From a virus: a DNA stretch of 64,000 nt. Both the position numbers and the translations under genes were made by a program. How positions within the stretch are numbered: the first letter of the stretch is position 1; the number at the start of each line of letters is the position of its first letter. Shown here in pieces: positions 31,287 to 40,683 of this stretch. The notes below the pieces were generated by a model. The model saw nothing but the letters and a program-made list of their open reading frames with translations, was not told the origin of the DNA and did no database searches. Location: IMG/VR virus record IMGVR_UViG_3300044615_001997; one strand, 5' to 3'.

Positions 31287-33149
31287 ATGGCCATCACTAC
31301 TGTAGGACGTATACTTTTAAAGCAGTATACGCCTAAACATTTACATCATTTAATAGATACTGAAATTTTAGATAAAAAAGGTATTACAACACTTTTTTCT
31401 AAATTAGTAGAATTAGAGCCTGACAATTATAGCAAGATAGCTTCTGATTTAACTAGACTAGGCTTCGAAGTTGCTACAAGACAAGGTACATCTATCACTT
31501 TAAAAGATCTTGTTTCACCGATAGACAAAGATAAAGTTTACGAAAAGTTTGAAGAATTTAAGGATAAGGTAGAAAAATCTGACGATCCGCTCAATATTAA
31601 ACAACAGCGTATTTTTGATAAGTATAATACGATGATGGAAGATATAAATAAGTCTATTTTAGACGAAGGATTAAAAAGCAATAAATCTTTGGCTAAAATT
31701 ATTTTAGCAGGTTCTAGAGGATCACCATCTCAATACCGTTTCACCATCGCTACTCAGGGTGTGGTGGTTGACGCAGAAGGTAATCCAAAAATGGATATTC
31801 CTGTAAAAAGTTCGTATGCTGAAGGGCTGAGCTTACCAGAATATCTTGTGACTTCATTCGGTACACGTACTGGCGAAGTAGTCAAAAAGGTAGGTGTGGC
31901 TCAGGGCGGATATTCAAGCAAGCAATTTTCTAGAGCTTTGATGAATCTGCAAGTAACACAGGCAGATTGCGGAACACCTACAGGCATAACAGTGACAGTG
32001 GAAGACAAAGATTCCATAGGAGCCTTTTTAGCCGCCCCCGCAGGTAGCTATAATCGTAATAACGAAATAACCGCCAAGATGTTGAGCGACTTGAGAAATA
32101 AAGGAATTAAATCTATATTAGTTAGATCTCCTATGACTTGTCGCGCAGGAAAACACGGACATTTTGGTTCAGTGTGTCAACTATGCGTAGGACAACGTGA
32201 AAAAGGGCTACCTGCCCCAGATACCTATATAGGTTTAGTAGCCGCAACAGCAGTTAGTGAGCCTCTAACAGAATATGCCATGAAATTGAGACACGGCGGC
32301 GGCGCAGCAACTTCTTTAGGTGGAACTGGAGGCTTTAAAGCAATAGATCAGCTAGCAAACATACCGAAAACTTTTTTAAATAAATCCCCTTTAGCTCAGG
32401 AAGATGGAATCGTTACTTCTGTGAGGCCAGCTTCAGCTGGTGGTTATTTTATTAATGTTGGAGAAAAAGAATACTATATAGGTATAGGACTTCAACCAAA
32501 AGTTAAAGAAGGTGATCGTGTTGAGCAAGGAGATTCTTTAAGTACAGGGCTTATAGACCCACGTGAAGTAGTTATGTATAAAGGTATCGGTGAAGGTAGA
32601 AAGTATTATGCTACTGCAATGAAGAGGGCTTTTGATGATGGTAATTTACATGTGAACCGTAGAAATTTTGAATTAATTGCTAGATCTGCAATAGACCATG
32701 TTAAAATTACGGACTCTGAGGGTTTGGGTAATTTTTTACCTGATGAAATTGTTTCATACACAGCCATGGAAAAAAACTATAAAACACGACCCTCTAGTAA
32801 AGATATGCGCGCAGATTTAACATATGGAAAATATTTAGAAAAACCTATATTGCATTATACTATAGGGACTAAAATAAATAGTCATGTAATAAAAGATTTA
32901 AAAGATCAAGGAATTGAGGCTGTTACAGTAAACGATAATCCTCCTAATTTTGAGCCTGTAATGGTTAGACTGTTAGACGTTCCTGAGCATGTTGATGATT
33001 TTATGCATATTCTTTACAGTACTAACTTAGCTAAGCGCTTTAGTAATGCTGTTAACCAAGGAGCAGAGACAGATATCCGAGGACCTAGCCCTATACCTGG
33101 ATTGGCTTACGGGGTAGGCTTTGGAGAAACAAGCGCCTTTAAGAATTAG
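31287..33149 (+). CDS. rpoC: RNA polymerase beta-prime subunit, C-terminal half
   Basis: TTVGRIL, AGSRGS, SYAEGLSLPEY...GY bridge helix, DCGT, RSPMTC...VCQLC zinc site, SEPLTEYAMKLRHGGG trigger loop, HVNRRNFELI. Confidence 0.92.
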   Translation: MAITTVGRILLKQYTPKHLHHLIDTEILDKKGITTLFSKLVELEPDNYSKIASDLTRLGFEVATRQGTSITLKDLVSPIDKDKVYEKFEEFKDKVEKSDDPLNIKQQRIFDKYNTMMEDINKSILDEGLKSNKSLAKIILAGSRGSPSQYRFTIATQGVVVDAEGNPKMDIPVKSSYAEGLSLPEYLVTSFGTRTGEVVKKVGVAQGGYSSKQFSRALMNLQVTQADCGTPTGITVTVEDKDSIGAFLAAPAGSYNRNNEITAKMLSDLRNKGIKSILVRSPMTCRAGKHGHFGSVCQLCVGQREKGLPAPDTYIGLVAATAVSEPLTEYAMKLRHGGGAATSLGGTGGFKAIDQLANIPKTFLNKSPLAQEDGIVTSVRPASAGGYFINVGEKEYYIGIGLQPKVKEGDRVEQGDSLSTGLIDPREVVMYKGIGEGRKYYATAMKRAFDDGNLHVNRRNFELIARSAIDHVKITDSEGLGNFLPDEIVSYTAMEKNYKTRPSSKDMRADLTYGKYLEKPILHYTIGTKINSHVIKDLKDQGIEAVTVNDNPPNFEPVMVRLLDVPEHVDDFMHILYSTNLAKRFSNAVNQGAETDIRGPSPIPGLAYGVGFGETSAFKN

Positions 33150-33151
33150 AG

Positions 33152-33180
33152 TTGCTTTTAGTATTTAAAAAACTTAAACT
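33152..33180 (+). promoter_or_regulatory. sigma70-like promoter TTGCTT-17-TAAACT
   Basis: Canonical spacing; AGGA SD before ATG 33214. Confidence 0.55.
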
Positions 33181-33213
33181 ATTCATGAAGTAATGCAATA
33201 ATAGGATAATACT

Positions 33214-35406
33214 ATGATTAAAACAGCTGCAGAAGAGTCATTAGAACAAGCTTTTTTTCAATTAGCTTATGGGAAACTACAAGATAGTTTAAAGAATTTA
33301 TTACCTTTTCTTATTGGTTTTGAAATTGTTAAGAAAAATGACGCAAATACCAAAGCTCTAGGTGTTTTCGGCTTTCGCTCACAGTCAGGACAAATTTTAT
33401 ACGTTCCTGCTTTTTTTGTTAACGGTAAAGTTAAAAATCTTGATCTACTTTATTCTAAAAATAACGAACAATTTTATCCCCTAACAGAAGACTTTGCTGA
33501 GCTATTTTTAAAGGATGATTTAGTGGATTTTGGTGGGGTCAGCAATGAACCTAGAAATAAGGTATTGCAAGATATCCCACAAGGAGACTTCAGACAGATG
33601 GCTGTTCCTCCCAGAACAGGCAAATACTCTGTAGCTTCCGTCATAGACTATGTTAAAGACTCAGACAATAAAACTAAACAAGCCTTCAAGGGATTGATTG
33701 AGAAGGACGCCGAGTTTTGTGAAGCAGTTCTTAGATTTTATCCTATAGAGAAAGTTGCCGAAGCTTTGGTAGAACAAGCCGAGGAGAAGAAGGCAGAAGA
33801 AAACGACTTGAAAGTTGTTTCAGTTCAAGACAAAGACGAAGTTGCCAAATTAACTCCTAAGCAAAAAGAAACTTTATTGACTCAAGGCTTTATTGTTATC
33901 GACAATCGTCCTACAGATAAAAAGTCTAAGTTTGGTGTTGTGGACTACATCAAGAAGTTTCAAAATCCCACAGAGTCAGGATTTTATCCTTATGTGACTA
34001 AGGTTGGAACTCTTAACTATGGTTTAATACTTGTCCGTCCTAAACAACTTCAGCAAAATTTTGCTACAGATGATGCTATAGTTATCAATTTAGATGCTAA
34101 AGAAAAAGGAATGGCCTATTTGACGGATGTTTCTGATGTTTTTGTTAAAGATCAGATTAAAGTCGACGACTACTCCCAAGTGCACAAAATGATGGTTAAT
34201 CCTGCTGAGGCCAAGCCCAGTTATTCAAACGTTTATGTTCTCTTGAACGAAAAGATGCAGGCTTCGCAACCATTTCGCGTTAACGCTAATTTTAAAGACG
34301 CTGACGGTATTCGTCGTTTGAGTGTTGAGCCTTATACCTGTTATTGTCATTCTGATTGGGAAAACCGTAAAGGAGTTAAAGACCGTCCAGGTAGCGCACA
34401 TGATTTACCTAGAGGTAACTTCTATGAGCATCCTAAAAAAGGTAATGAATTTTTGTTAGTGATGACCAAAAAATCCGGAGATGCTTTGAGCTACAGCGGT
34501 AAGACTGTTTATGTTCCAGCTGGCTATAAATTGTTGGAAGTTAATCTTGATCATCACTTCCATACAGCCGTTTCTGCCGATAACGCTGATAATGACGCTA
34601 GAGTAAAAGCAGAAGCCGCTAAGCGTGAAGAATGTGAAAACGGCAAACCTGGTCGTATTTGTGACCTCAACGCTTTCTTGAGAGACAAGAACGTATTTCC
34701 AATGACTGTAAATACCAATGGTAGTGAATATTTTGTAAATATTGCAGGAGCTAAGAAGCGTTACGACGATCCCATCAAGGCTAAGATAGCCATGACGATT
34801 GAGCACGGATTAGATTATAAAGAAGCTTGCGAGCTAATTGATGGCTTGATTATCGACAAGACTATCAATGGACATATCAAGTTGGCTTACACTGGAGACA
34901 TGTATCCTACCCCATACGAAGAGACTCCATACACCAACGAAATGGGTCAGCCTACTTATGTTGGTATAGGGCAAGAAAACAGGTTAGGAGGGGAAGAATC
35001 CTATACTGGTAACCCTGCACAACTAGGCCTTGGTGTAATGCCTGAAATCGAGGGAATTGACCCAGCATATGTCCGTCAAGCAATTCAACTAGCTCAAAGC
35101 GGTCAAAAGGAAATCTTTGATGTACAATCAATGTCAACTTTAGCTAAGTATGTCGGAGTTAACGATAAAATTACTGAGTATCTTCCTTCAATGATAGAAT
35201 CTATGGACCGTCTCGGTAGAATTTTATTTTTAATGCACTGGGATACTGAAAAGTTTGTTGATATGTATGGAAGAGGAGATTTACCGGAGTTAGTTGAATT
35301 GGTTACCAACGTATTTAAAAACATTGGGGATCTCATTATTTTCTTAAAACGCAAATCTCCCGAGCTGTCGATAAACATGAATTCTAACGACGCGCTCGAT
35401 GTCTAA
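33214..35406 (+). CDS. large head-module protein, function unknown
   Basis: 730 aa; IKTA, TKQA, EKVA, IKLA motifs. Confidence 0.7.
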   Translation: MIKTAAEESLEQAFFQLAYGKLQDSLKNLLPFLIGFEIVKKNDANTKALGVFGFRSQSGQILYVPAFFVNGKVKNLDLLYSKNNEQFYPLTEDFAELFLKDDLVDFGGVSNEPRNKVLQDIPQGDFRQMAVPPRTGKYSVASVIDYVKDSDNKTKQAFKGLIEKDAEFCEAVLRFYPIEKVAEALVEQAEEKKAEENDLKVVSVQDKDEVAKLTPKQKETLLTQGFIVIDNRPTDKKSKFGVVDYIKKFQNPTESGFYPYVTKVGTLNYGLILVRPKQLQQNFATDDAIVINLDAKEKGMAYLTDVSDVFVKDQIKVDDYSQVHKMMVNPAEAKPSYSNVYVLLNEKMQASQPFRVNANFKDADGIRRLSVEPYTCYCHSDWENRKGVKDRPGSAHDLPRGNFYEHPKKGNEFLLVMTKKSGDALSYSGKTVYVPAGYKLLEVNLDHHFHTAVSADNADNDARVKAEAAKREECENGKPGRICDLNAFLRDKNVFPMTVNTNGSEYFVNIAGAKKRYDDPIKAKIAMTIEHGLDYKEACELIDGLIIDKTINGHIKLAYTGDMYPTPYEETPYTNEMGQPTYVGIGQENRLGGEESYTGNPAQLGLGVMPEIEGIDPAYVRQAIQLAQSGQKEIFDVQSMSTLAKYVGVNDKITEYLPSMIESMDRLGRILFLMHWDTEKFVDMYGRGDLPELVELVTNVFKNIGDLIIFLKRKSPELSINMNSNDALDV

Positions 35407-36334
35407 TGAAATAAACAATGTTAATCCTTTAGAAAAATACTTAGCTCTAAGAACTATTAGAGATAATGTATTTTATCAAAAGCCATTAACATATAATGCG
35501 TTAGATATTTCTGACGATATACCTGGACCTGCAAGAGGTACAACTTTTTGGTTTTCTGATTTACCTCCCTCATTAGGAGTAATTTCAAAATCACCAGAGA
35601 AAAGGAAAGAGCAAATTGCCAAGGCAATAGCTGCCGCAAAAGAGACAAAGCAGTCTACTGGTGCCACAGCGTCACAAGCATTAAGAAACGCTGCCTCTGT
35701 AGGACTTACAGCTTTGCCAACATCCGCAGCTGTTTCTTCTTTATTTAGACTTTTAAATCCTCGCTCTCCACTAGTAAGAGGAAAATTACGAAACCCTTTC
35801 ACTCCAGGTAAAACAGTGGCAGCTTTAAAGGGTAGTCGTGATTATCGCAAACAAATGCTTAAAGAAATTTTAAATGATTCTATAACTGGAGGAATTTTTT
35901 CAGCTACTTCGGCTGCAGCTACACCCATTATTTCAGGAACCTCAAAACCTTCTGATAAAGCTCTGGAGCAGGCTGGGAAAGTTATACAAGAAGCACCCAT
36001 AGCTTCAGCTATCCCTGGGGCAGATATTGTGGCTGCACTCGATACAGGAAATAATTCTTCAAGAGTTAAAAATACTGCTCTAGGGGCAGGTATAGGAGCT
36101 TCGATGGGCACCGCTGGCGCATTTTTACCAGCCATTTTAAATTTACCTAAACATTTAATTACAGGCTTGATAAAACGTAAGCTATCATTACAAAATATAG
36201 CTAAAGATTTTTCTTCTAGCGCTAAGAAAGGGGTTCCTATAAACGCAGCAATCTTAGGAACTACAGGAGCACTGGGAGGATTTTTGTTACCTAAAACACA
36301 CCAAACAACCAATGAGCAAACGAGCAATAATTAG
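35399..36334 (+). CDS. glycine-zipper putative internal virion protein
   Basis: ALGAGIGASMGTAGA, ILGTTGALGG. Confidence 0.65.
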   Translation: MSNEINNVNPLEKYLALRTIRDNVFYQKPLTYNALDISDDIPGPARGTTFWFSDLPPSLGVISKSPEKRKEQIAKAIAAAKETKQSTGATASQALRNAASVGLTALPTSAAVSSLFRLLNPRSPLVRGKLRNPFTPGKTVAALKGSRDYRKQMLKEILNDSITGGIFSATSAAATPIISGTSKPSDKALEQAGKVIQEAPIASAIPGADIVAALDTGNNSSRVKNTALGAGIGASMGTAGAFLPAILNLPKHLITGLIKRKLSLQNIAKDFSSSAKKGVPINAAILGTTGALGGFLLPKTHQTTNEQTSNN

Positions 36335-37391
36335 CTTAAATAAAGTAGGATCTTTTTATAATTTTCCTAACTGGAGATATCAAATTTATTTAAATCCATC
36401 AAAAGCTGGGTTGGCAGCTTGTTGTAAATTTCCTAAAAGTGGTGATAGTAGTCTGAGGAGATACTTACAATATCGTGACGTTAGAGAAACTTTAGAAGTA
36501 AACTGGTCTTTTCCTCCTAGATTTCAAAAAACCGTAGACTCGTTGAGTTTAAAGAACCGACAAGTATTTTATAAATTGTTTGGTAAAAAGTTAAAGGCTC
36601 AAAACACTAAAAAACTTTTTTGCGCCACTTTTTCAAAAAAGCATCAAATATGGGGCATCGATAAAATTAATTCTCTGAGCGATGCATTTTTAAGAAGACT
36701 GCTTCACCATGTATCTAATTATATTTTTGATGAATATATTCAGTTTGCGGTAGGGTTAAAACACTCAAAAGAGCACGAGCATATTTTTAGGGCTATAGGT
36801 TACCACATATATGCTGGACTAAATGACCAAGAAATTTCAAAAAGGTTTAAACTTTATCGACAACAAATTGAAGCTATAAGATTTTTATTTTTTGATTTTA
36901 CTCATTCTCCGCAAGAACCCACAGCTAGAGCAGCTTATTTTACACAGTTAGTAGATAATGAAATAATAACAGATTTAGACAGGCGTTTTTACAAATTAAT
37001 TGCTGAGCTAGGAGAAATAGGATTAAAGGCACACTCTAACTATCATTCTCTGACTCCGGAAGAAAAAGTGATTGTTGAAGATTATTTAGGAAATACTATG
37101 CTAGATAATGTATTATCATTAAATTTTGCTGTTACAGATATGAAAGATGCGCTAAACTTCAATTCAGTAATAAACAATCTAGCTTCTTTCTATATTAAGA
37201 AAGAAGAAGTTAATTATTATCGAGCAAAGGTTAGAAATTTAGATGCTAGCACGCAAAGAATTTCTAGTGAGCATAACGCAGAACTTTTAAATATTGATCC
37301 CGAGGACGAAGAAGCATTAAAATTAATTGGTAAGTTGGCTTTACAAGAAAACTCACTTCCAACCTACCCTGCAATTACTGAATTGAAATAA
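36312..37391 (+). CDS. hypothetical protein, possible HTH-containing
   Basis: GLNDQEISKRFKL..QQIEA helix-turn-helix-like segment; basic N-terminus. Confidence 0.55.
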   Translation: MSKRAIISLNKVGSFYNFPNWRYQIYLNPSKAGLAACCKFPKSGDSSLRRYLQYRDVRETLEVNWSFPPRFQKTVDSLSLKNRQVFYKLFGKKLKAQNTKKLFCATFSKKHQIWGIDKINSLSDAFLRRLLHHVSNYIFDEYIQFAVGLKHSKEHEHIFRAIGYHIYAGLNDQEISKRFKLYRQQIEAIRFLFFDFTHSPQEPTARAAYFTQLVDNEIITDLDRRFYKLIAELGEIGLKAHSNYHSLTPEEKVIVEDYLGNTMLDNVLSLNFAVTDMKDALNFNSVINNLASFYIKKEEVNYYRAKVRNLDASTQRISSEHNAELLNIDPEDEEALKLIGKLALQENSLPTYPAITELK

Positions 37392-37424
37392 TTTGAAAAA
37401 CCTGATATAAATAGAAACAAACTT

Positions 37425-38831
37425 ATGGAACAGCCTAACGCACTTGTTAAAATAGCTTTAAACGAAGTTGTAGCGAATATCAACAGCGGGTCAACACCTA
37501 CCTCTGCCTTGAAAAAAGTTGCCTCTGATCTTGATCTTAATCCAAATTATATCCATAGGGTAGGGGAAGCTTTAAATGTAGCTCTACATTACAACCACTT
37601 TAAAAAGGCTGAAGATAGATCGGCTCAATTTGAAATAGCCGACATACCAGGAACAATTAAAGATTTGTTTGATGGAACTGAAAAAACTAGTGCTCAGAAA
37701 AAAGCTGAAACTTTTTCTGATAACGGAGGAGAAGATACTGTTTTTAATTACAACAGAATTTTGAATAACCCTAAGTATAAAAAAGCTTATTTGGAGATTG
37801 TTAACGCTACTGAAACTCACGATAGCTTTCCTTTAAGTTTAAAGGGAGCATTTGAAAAATCTGCCAATTTATTAAAAGACTTGGAGCGTGAATTAGACGA
37901 AGTCAAAACAGATAAGGTTGGGGCCGAGATAGCATTAAACCAGAAGTTTTCTTCTTTATCAGACCATTTCAGAAAAGATTCGAATTATCGTATTTCTTTT
38001 GATGAGTTTGAATCTCAGGTGTATTCTAAGCACGGAGAACAAGCCGTACCTTATTTAGACTTAATTCATAAAACGTCTAAAACCGCAGAAGACAGAGGTG
38101 TGCATGACTCAGGTTATCAAATGTTCGAACCTTCAAAAGAACTGCAATTATTTGATTCTTTTATAAAAGCTGCAGAAATTTTTGCAAAGTCAGACGAGGT
38201 CTTAAAAGAGGCTGAAGAAAAATTTAACTTTGAAAAAGAATATTATTCTGAGATAGGAAAACTTGTGGCAAATAATGGAAGTCTTTCCAAGAACGCAGAA
38301 CAACAAGATCCTGTTAAAGTTAAAAAAAAAAATAAACAGAGCAAAGTTGCTGAGGAGCGAGATCCTGTTCTCTTAAGAATAGAGAAAAAGGCAAAATTTA
38401 AAAAGTCTGCAGATGTTGTAAGTTTGTTTGCTTTAACGAGACTTTTAAACCAATCTCAAACACAAGACGGATTGGCAAAAAATATGGGCGAACGGTTCAT
38501 CCGTTCTAGAGATGGAGATGCACCTAAACATAATTTGGCGTTAGAAAATATGGAGAGACAGCTCTTATTGCAAGAGTTGATAATGACAGATCCTATTTTA
38601 TCTAAAGCTAACCCACAAAAAGTTGCAAAAGCCTATGAGCAAATTTTGAGGCTTTCTCCTCAAGTATCTAAAGAAAAAGAAGTAGTTCGTGCTATGTTAC
38701 GTCAATCAGTAGCAGCGCAAGCTATAGCTCCATACGATGCCGATCAATGGACTAAATTGGACACAGATATTTTAAAACGCAAAATAGTTTCTGAAAACTA
38801 TTTAAAAGGAAAAACTGACATTAAATTTTAA
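37425..38831 (+). CDS. helical head-module protein rich in K-x-A motifs
   Basis: More than ten KxA sites (VKIA, KKVA, EKSA, SKTA, SKNA, SKVA, KKSA). Confidence 0.7.
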   Translation: MEQPNALVKIALNEVVANINSGSTPTSALKKVASDLDLNPNYIHRVGEALNVALHYNHFKKAEDRSAQFEIADIPGTIKDLFDGTEKTSAQKKAETFSDNGGEDTVFNYNRILNNPKYKKAYLEIVNATETHDSFPLSLKGAFEKSANLLKDLERELDEVKTDKVGAEIALNQKFSSLSDHFRKDSNYRISFDEFESQVYSKHGEQAVPYLDLIHKTSKTAEDRGVHDSGYQMFEPSKELQLFDSFIKAAEIFAKSDEVLKEAEEKFNFEKEYYSEIGKLVANNGSLSKNAEQQDPVKVKKKNKQSKVAEERDPVLLRIEKKAKFKKSADVVSLFALTRLLNQSQTQDGLAKNMGERFIRSRDGDAPKHNLALENMERQLLLQELIMTDPILSKANPQKVAKAYEQILRLSPQVSKEKEVVRAMLRQSVAAQAIAPYDADQWTKLDTDILKRKIVSENYLKGKTDIKF

Positions 38832-38835
38832 TATT

Positions 38836-39357
38836 ATGAGTGCTATATTGAGAATAACCCGAAGTATAGATAACCATATTTGGAAAATAACTTTTAGGTT
38901 AGACCCATCCAACTTTGCTGAGTTAGATGAACAACTTATGGCTAGGTTTGGTGAACCTGAAATTAACGTTGGTAACGTTATCGGAGGTCTGGACGCGTTG
39001 ACTTCATATACTCTTCCAGAAAAATATATAAAGATACGTTCTGGGCTACCCTATACTCAAGAGTTTGATTCTCGTACTCCACCATTTGATACTTTTACTC
39101 GGAAAAAAGCAGAAGCTTATCAAGCCGCTTTTGTAACTCGTTATACACAGGCTCTAGCCGACTTGAGAGCGAACACGTTGTACTCGGCAGAATTGCTGTC
39201 AGCTCTCGAACATGCCTCCATTATCGACCAGCTACCAGTGCCCGCACCCGCACCCCTGCCCTCGGGTACCGGCGGCGGCGGAGGTGGCGGAGGTTCCGAA
39301 GGACCTGAAGAACCTCCTTTTTCTGGAGATTACGAATATTCAATAAATTTAAATTAA
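38836..39357 (+). CDS. virion protein paralogue A with Pro/Gly insert
   Basis: Closely similar to the next gene plus about 45 extra residues. Confidence 0.7.
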   Translation: MSAILRITRSIDNHIWKITFRLDPSNFAELDEQLMARFGEPEINVGNVIGGLDALTSYTLPEKYIKIRSGLPYTQEFDSRTPPFDTFTRKKAEAYQAAFVTRYTQALADLRANTLYSAELLSALEHASIIDQLPVPAPAPLPSGTGGGGGGGGSEGPEEPPFSGDYEYSINLN

Positions 39358-39388
39358 TTATGTACAAACAACAACCTTTAAAATTATT

Positions 39389-39775
39389 ATGAGCGCTATA
39401 TTAAAAGTAACCAGAAACATAGATAACGATATTTGGAAAATAACTTTTTCCATAGACCCATTAAAACTCTCAGAAGCCGATAAGCAATTAATGGCTAAGT
39501 TTGGTGAACCTGAAATTAACGTAGGAGGTACTATCGATGGACCTACTATACAGGGAGAAGAAACTGAATACACTCTTCCAGCCAAGTATATAAAAATTCG
39601 CTCGGGTTTACCCTATACTCGAGAGTTTGATTCAAAAACGACTCCGTTCAATACGCATACACAAGAAAAGGCAGAGGCTTATCAAGCTGCGTTTGTTTCT
39701 CGCTATACTCAAGCTTTGGTGGAATTGAGAGCTAACGAAGACACCTTTTCTGGGGAATTTTTAGTAAATATTTAA
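39389..39775 (+). CDS. virion protein paralogue B
   Basis: Shared IWKITF, FGEPEINVG, YIKIRSGLPYT, KAEAYQAAFV. Confidence 0.75.
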   Translation: MSAILKVTRNIDNDIWKITFSIDPLKLSEADKQLMAKFGEPEINVGGTIDGPTIQGEETEYTLPAKYIKIRSGLPYTREFDSKTTPFNTHTQEKAEAYQAAFVSRYTQALVELRANEDTFSGEFLVNI

Positions 39776-39778
39776 TTT

Positions 39779-40681
39779 ATGGAAAACGATAAGAGAGCTT
39801 TTCTTATGCCTCTTTTAGGTGGCGCAATTCCCTTTGTTGGAGGACTGTATGGCAGCACAAAGGCCATGAAATATCTTACTCCCAAAATAATGCGGTCAGC
39901 TAAACGTAATTTAAAGCGCAGGATAGCTACCGGAAAAAAACCTACATATTTAGGAAAAAAAACAAATGCTTTATTGGGTTGGGCAGGTAAAAAAGTCAAC
40001 GCTGACAATCTTTCTAGCGGTTTAGGCTTCACCGCTGGCGGCACAGCTGGTAGTATTGTAGGAGCACCCTTATTAATGGATAATCGTACTGAAGAAGAAC
40101 AAAATATGAATAAATATAGCGAACATAAATTATTCGGATTTTTAAAAGCCGCTATGCTTTCTGAACTATCTCTCGAGGATACGACTAAGCTAACTAAACT
40201 TGCCTTTGGTGACTATGACTTAAAGCCTGAAGATATAGCTAGAATTAGAATGGCTCTTCAAGAAGAAGGCGTTCCTGCCCCGTATAATGATCCTTATGGC
40301 CAAGCTAACACTAACTATAATGAAAATATATTAAAAGCACGCGATACAAGCCTAGATCAAATTCCAGAAGTAGAGGGGTCTTTATCCGCCGTTAGAAAAG
40401 GCGCTATTGGCGCAGGTATAGGTGGAGCCGCTGGCTACGGGTTAGGCAGCGCTTTAAACTCTCCAAATATTTTAGGAGGTGGTGTACCCTATGGTTTAAA
40501 AAAACGCCTTCCTGGAGCCATGGGAACAAGTGGAGTTATTTTAGGAGCGCTTCTGAGTGCGCTACCTGCCTATAAACAAAAAGTAGACCAAGTTAAGGGT
40601 TTACAAAAATTAAATTATCCTGAAAATATGCAAACACTTATAAACAGTATAGACAAGGATAAAGCTTTATTAGCCAGCTAA
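39779..40681 (+). CDS. glycine-zipper putative internal virion protein
   Basis: DKRA, GFLKAA, TKLA; GAIGAGIGGAAGYGLG. Confidence 0.65.
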   Translation: MENDKRAFLMPLLGGAIPFVGGLYGSTKAMKYLTPKIMRSAKRNLKRRIATGKKPTYLGKKTNALLGWAGKKVNADNLSSGLGFTAGGTAGSIVGAPLLMDNRTEEEQNMNKYSEHKLFGFLKAAMLSELSLEDTTKLTKLAFGDYDLKPEDIARIRMALQEEGVPAPYNDPYGQANTNYNENILKARDTSLDQIPEVEGSLSAVRKGAIGAGIGGAAGYGLGSALNSPNILGGGVPYGLKKRLPGAMGTSGVILGALLSALPAYKQKVDQVKGLQKLNYPENMQTLINSIDKDKALLAS

Positions 40682-40683
40682 CT

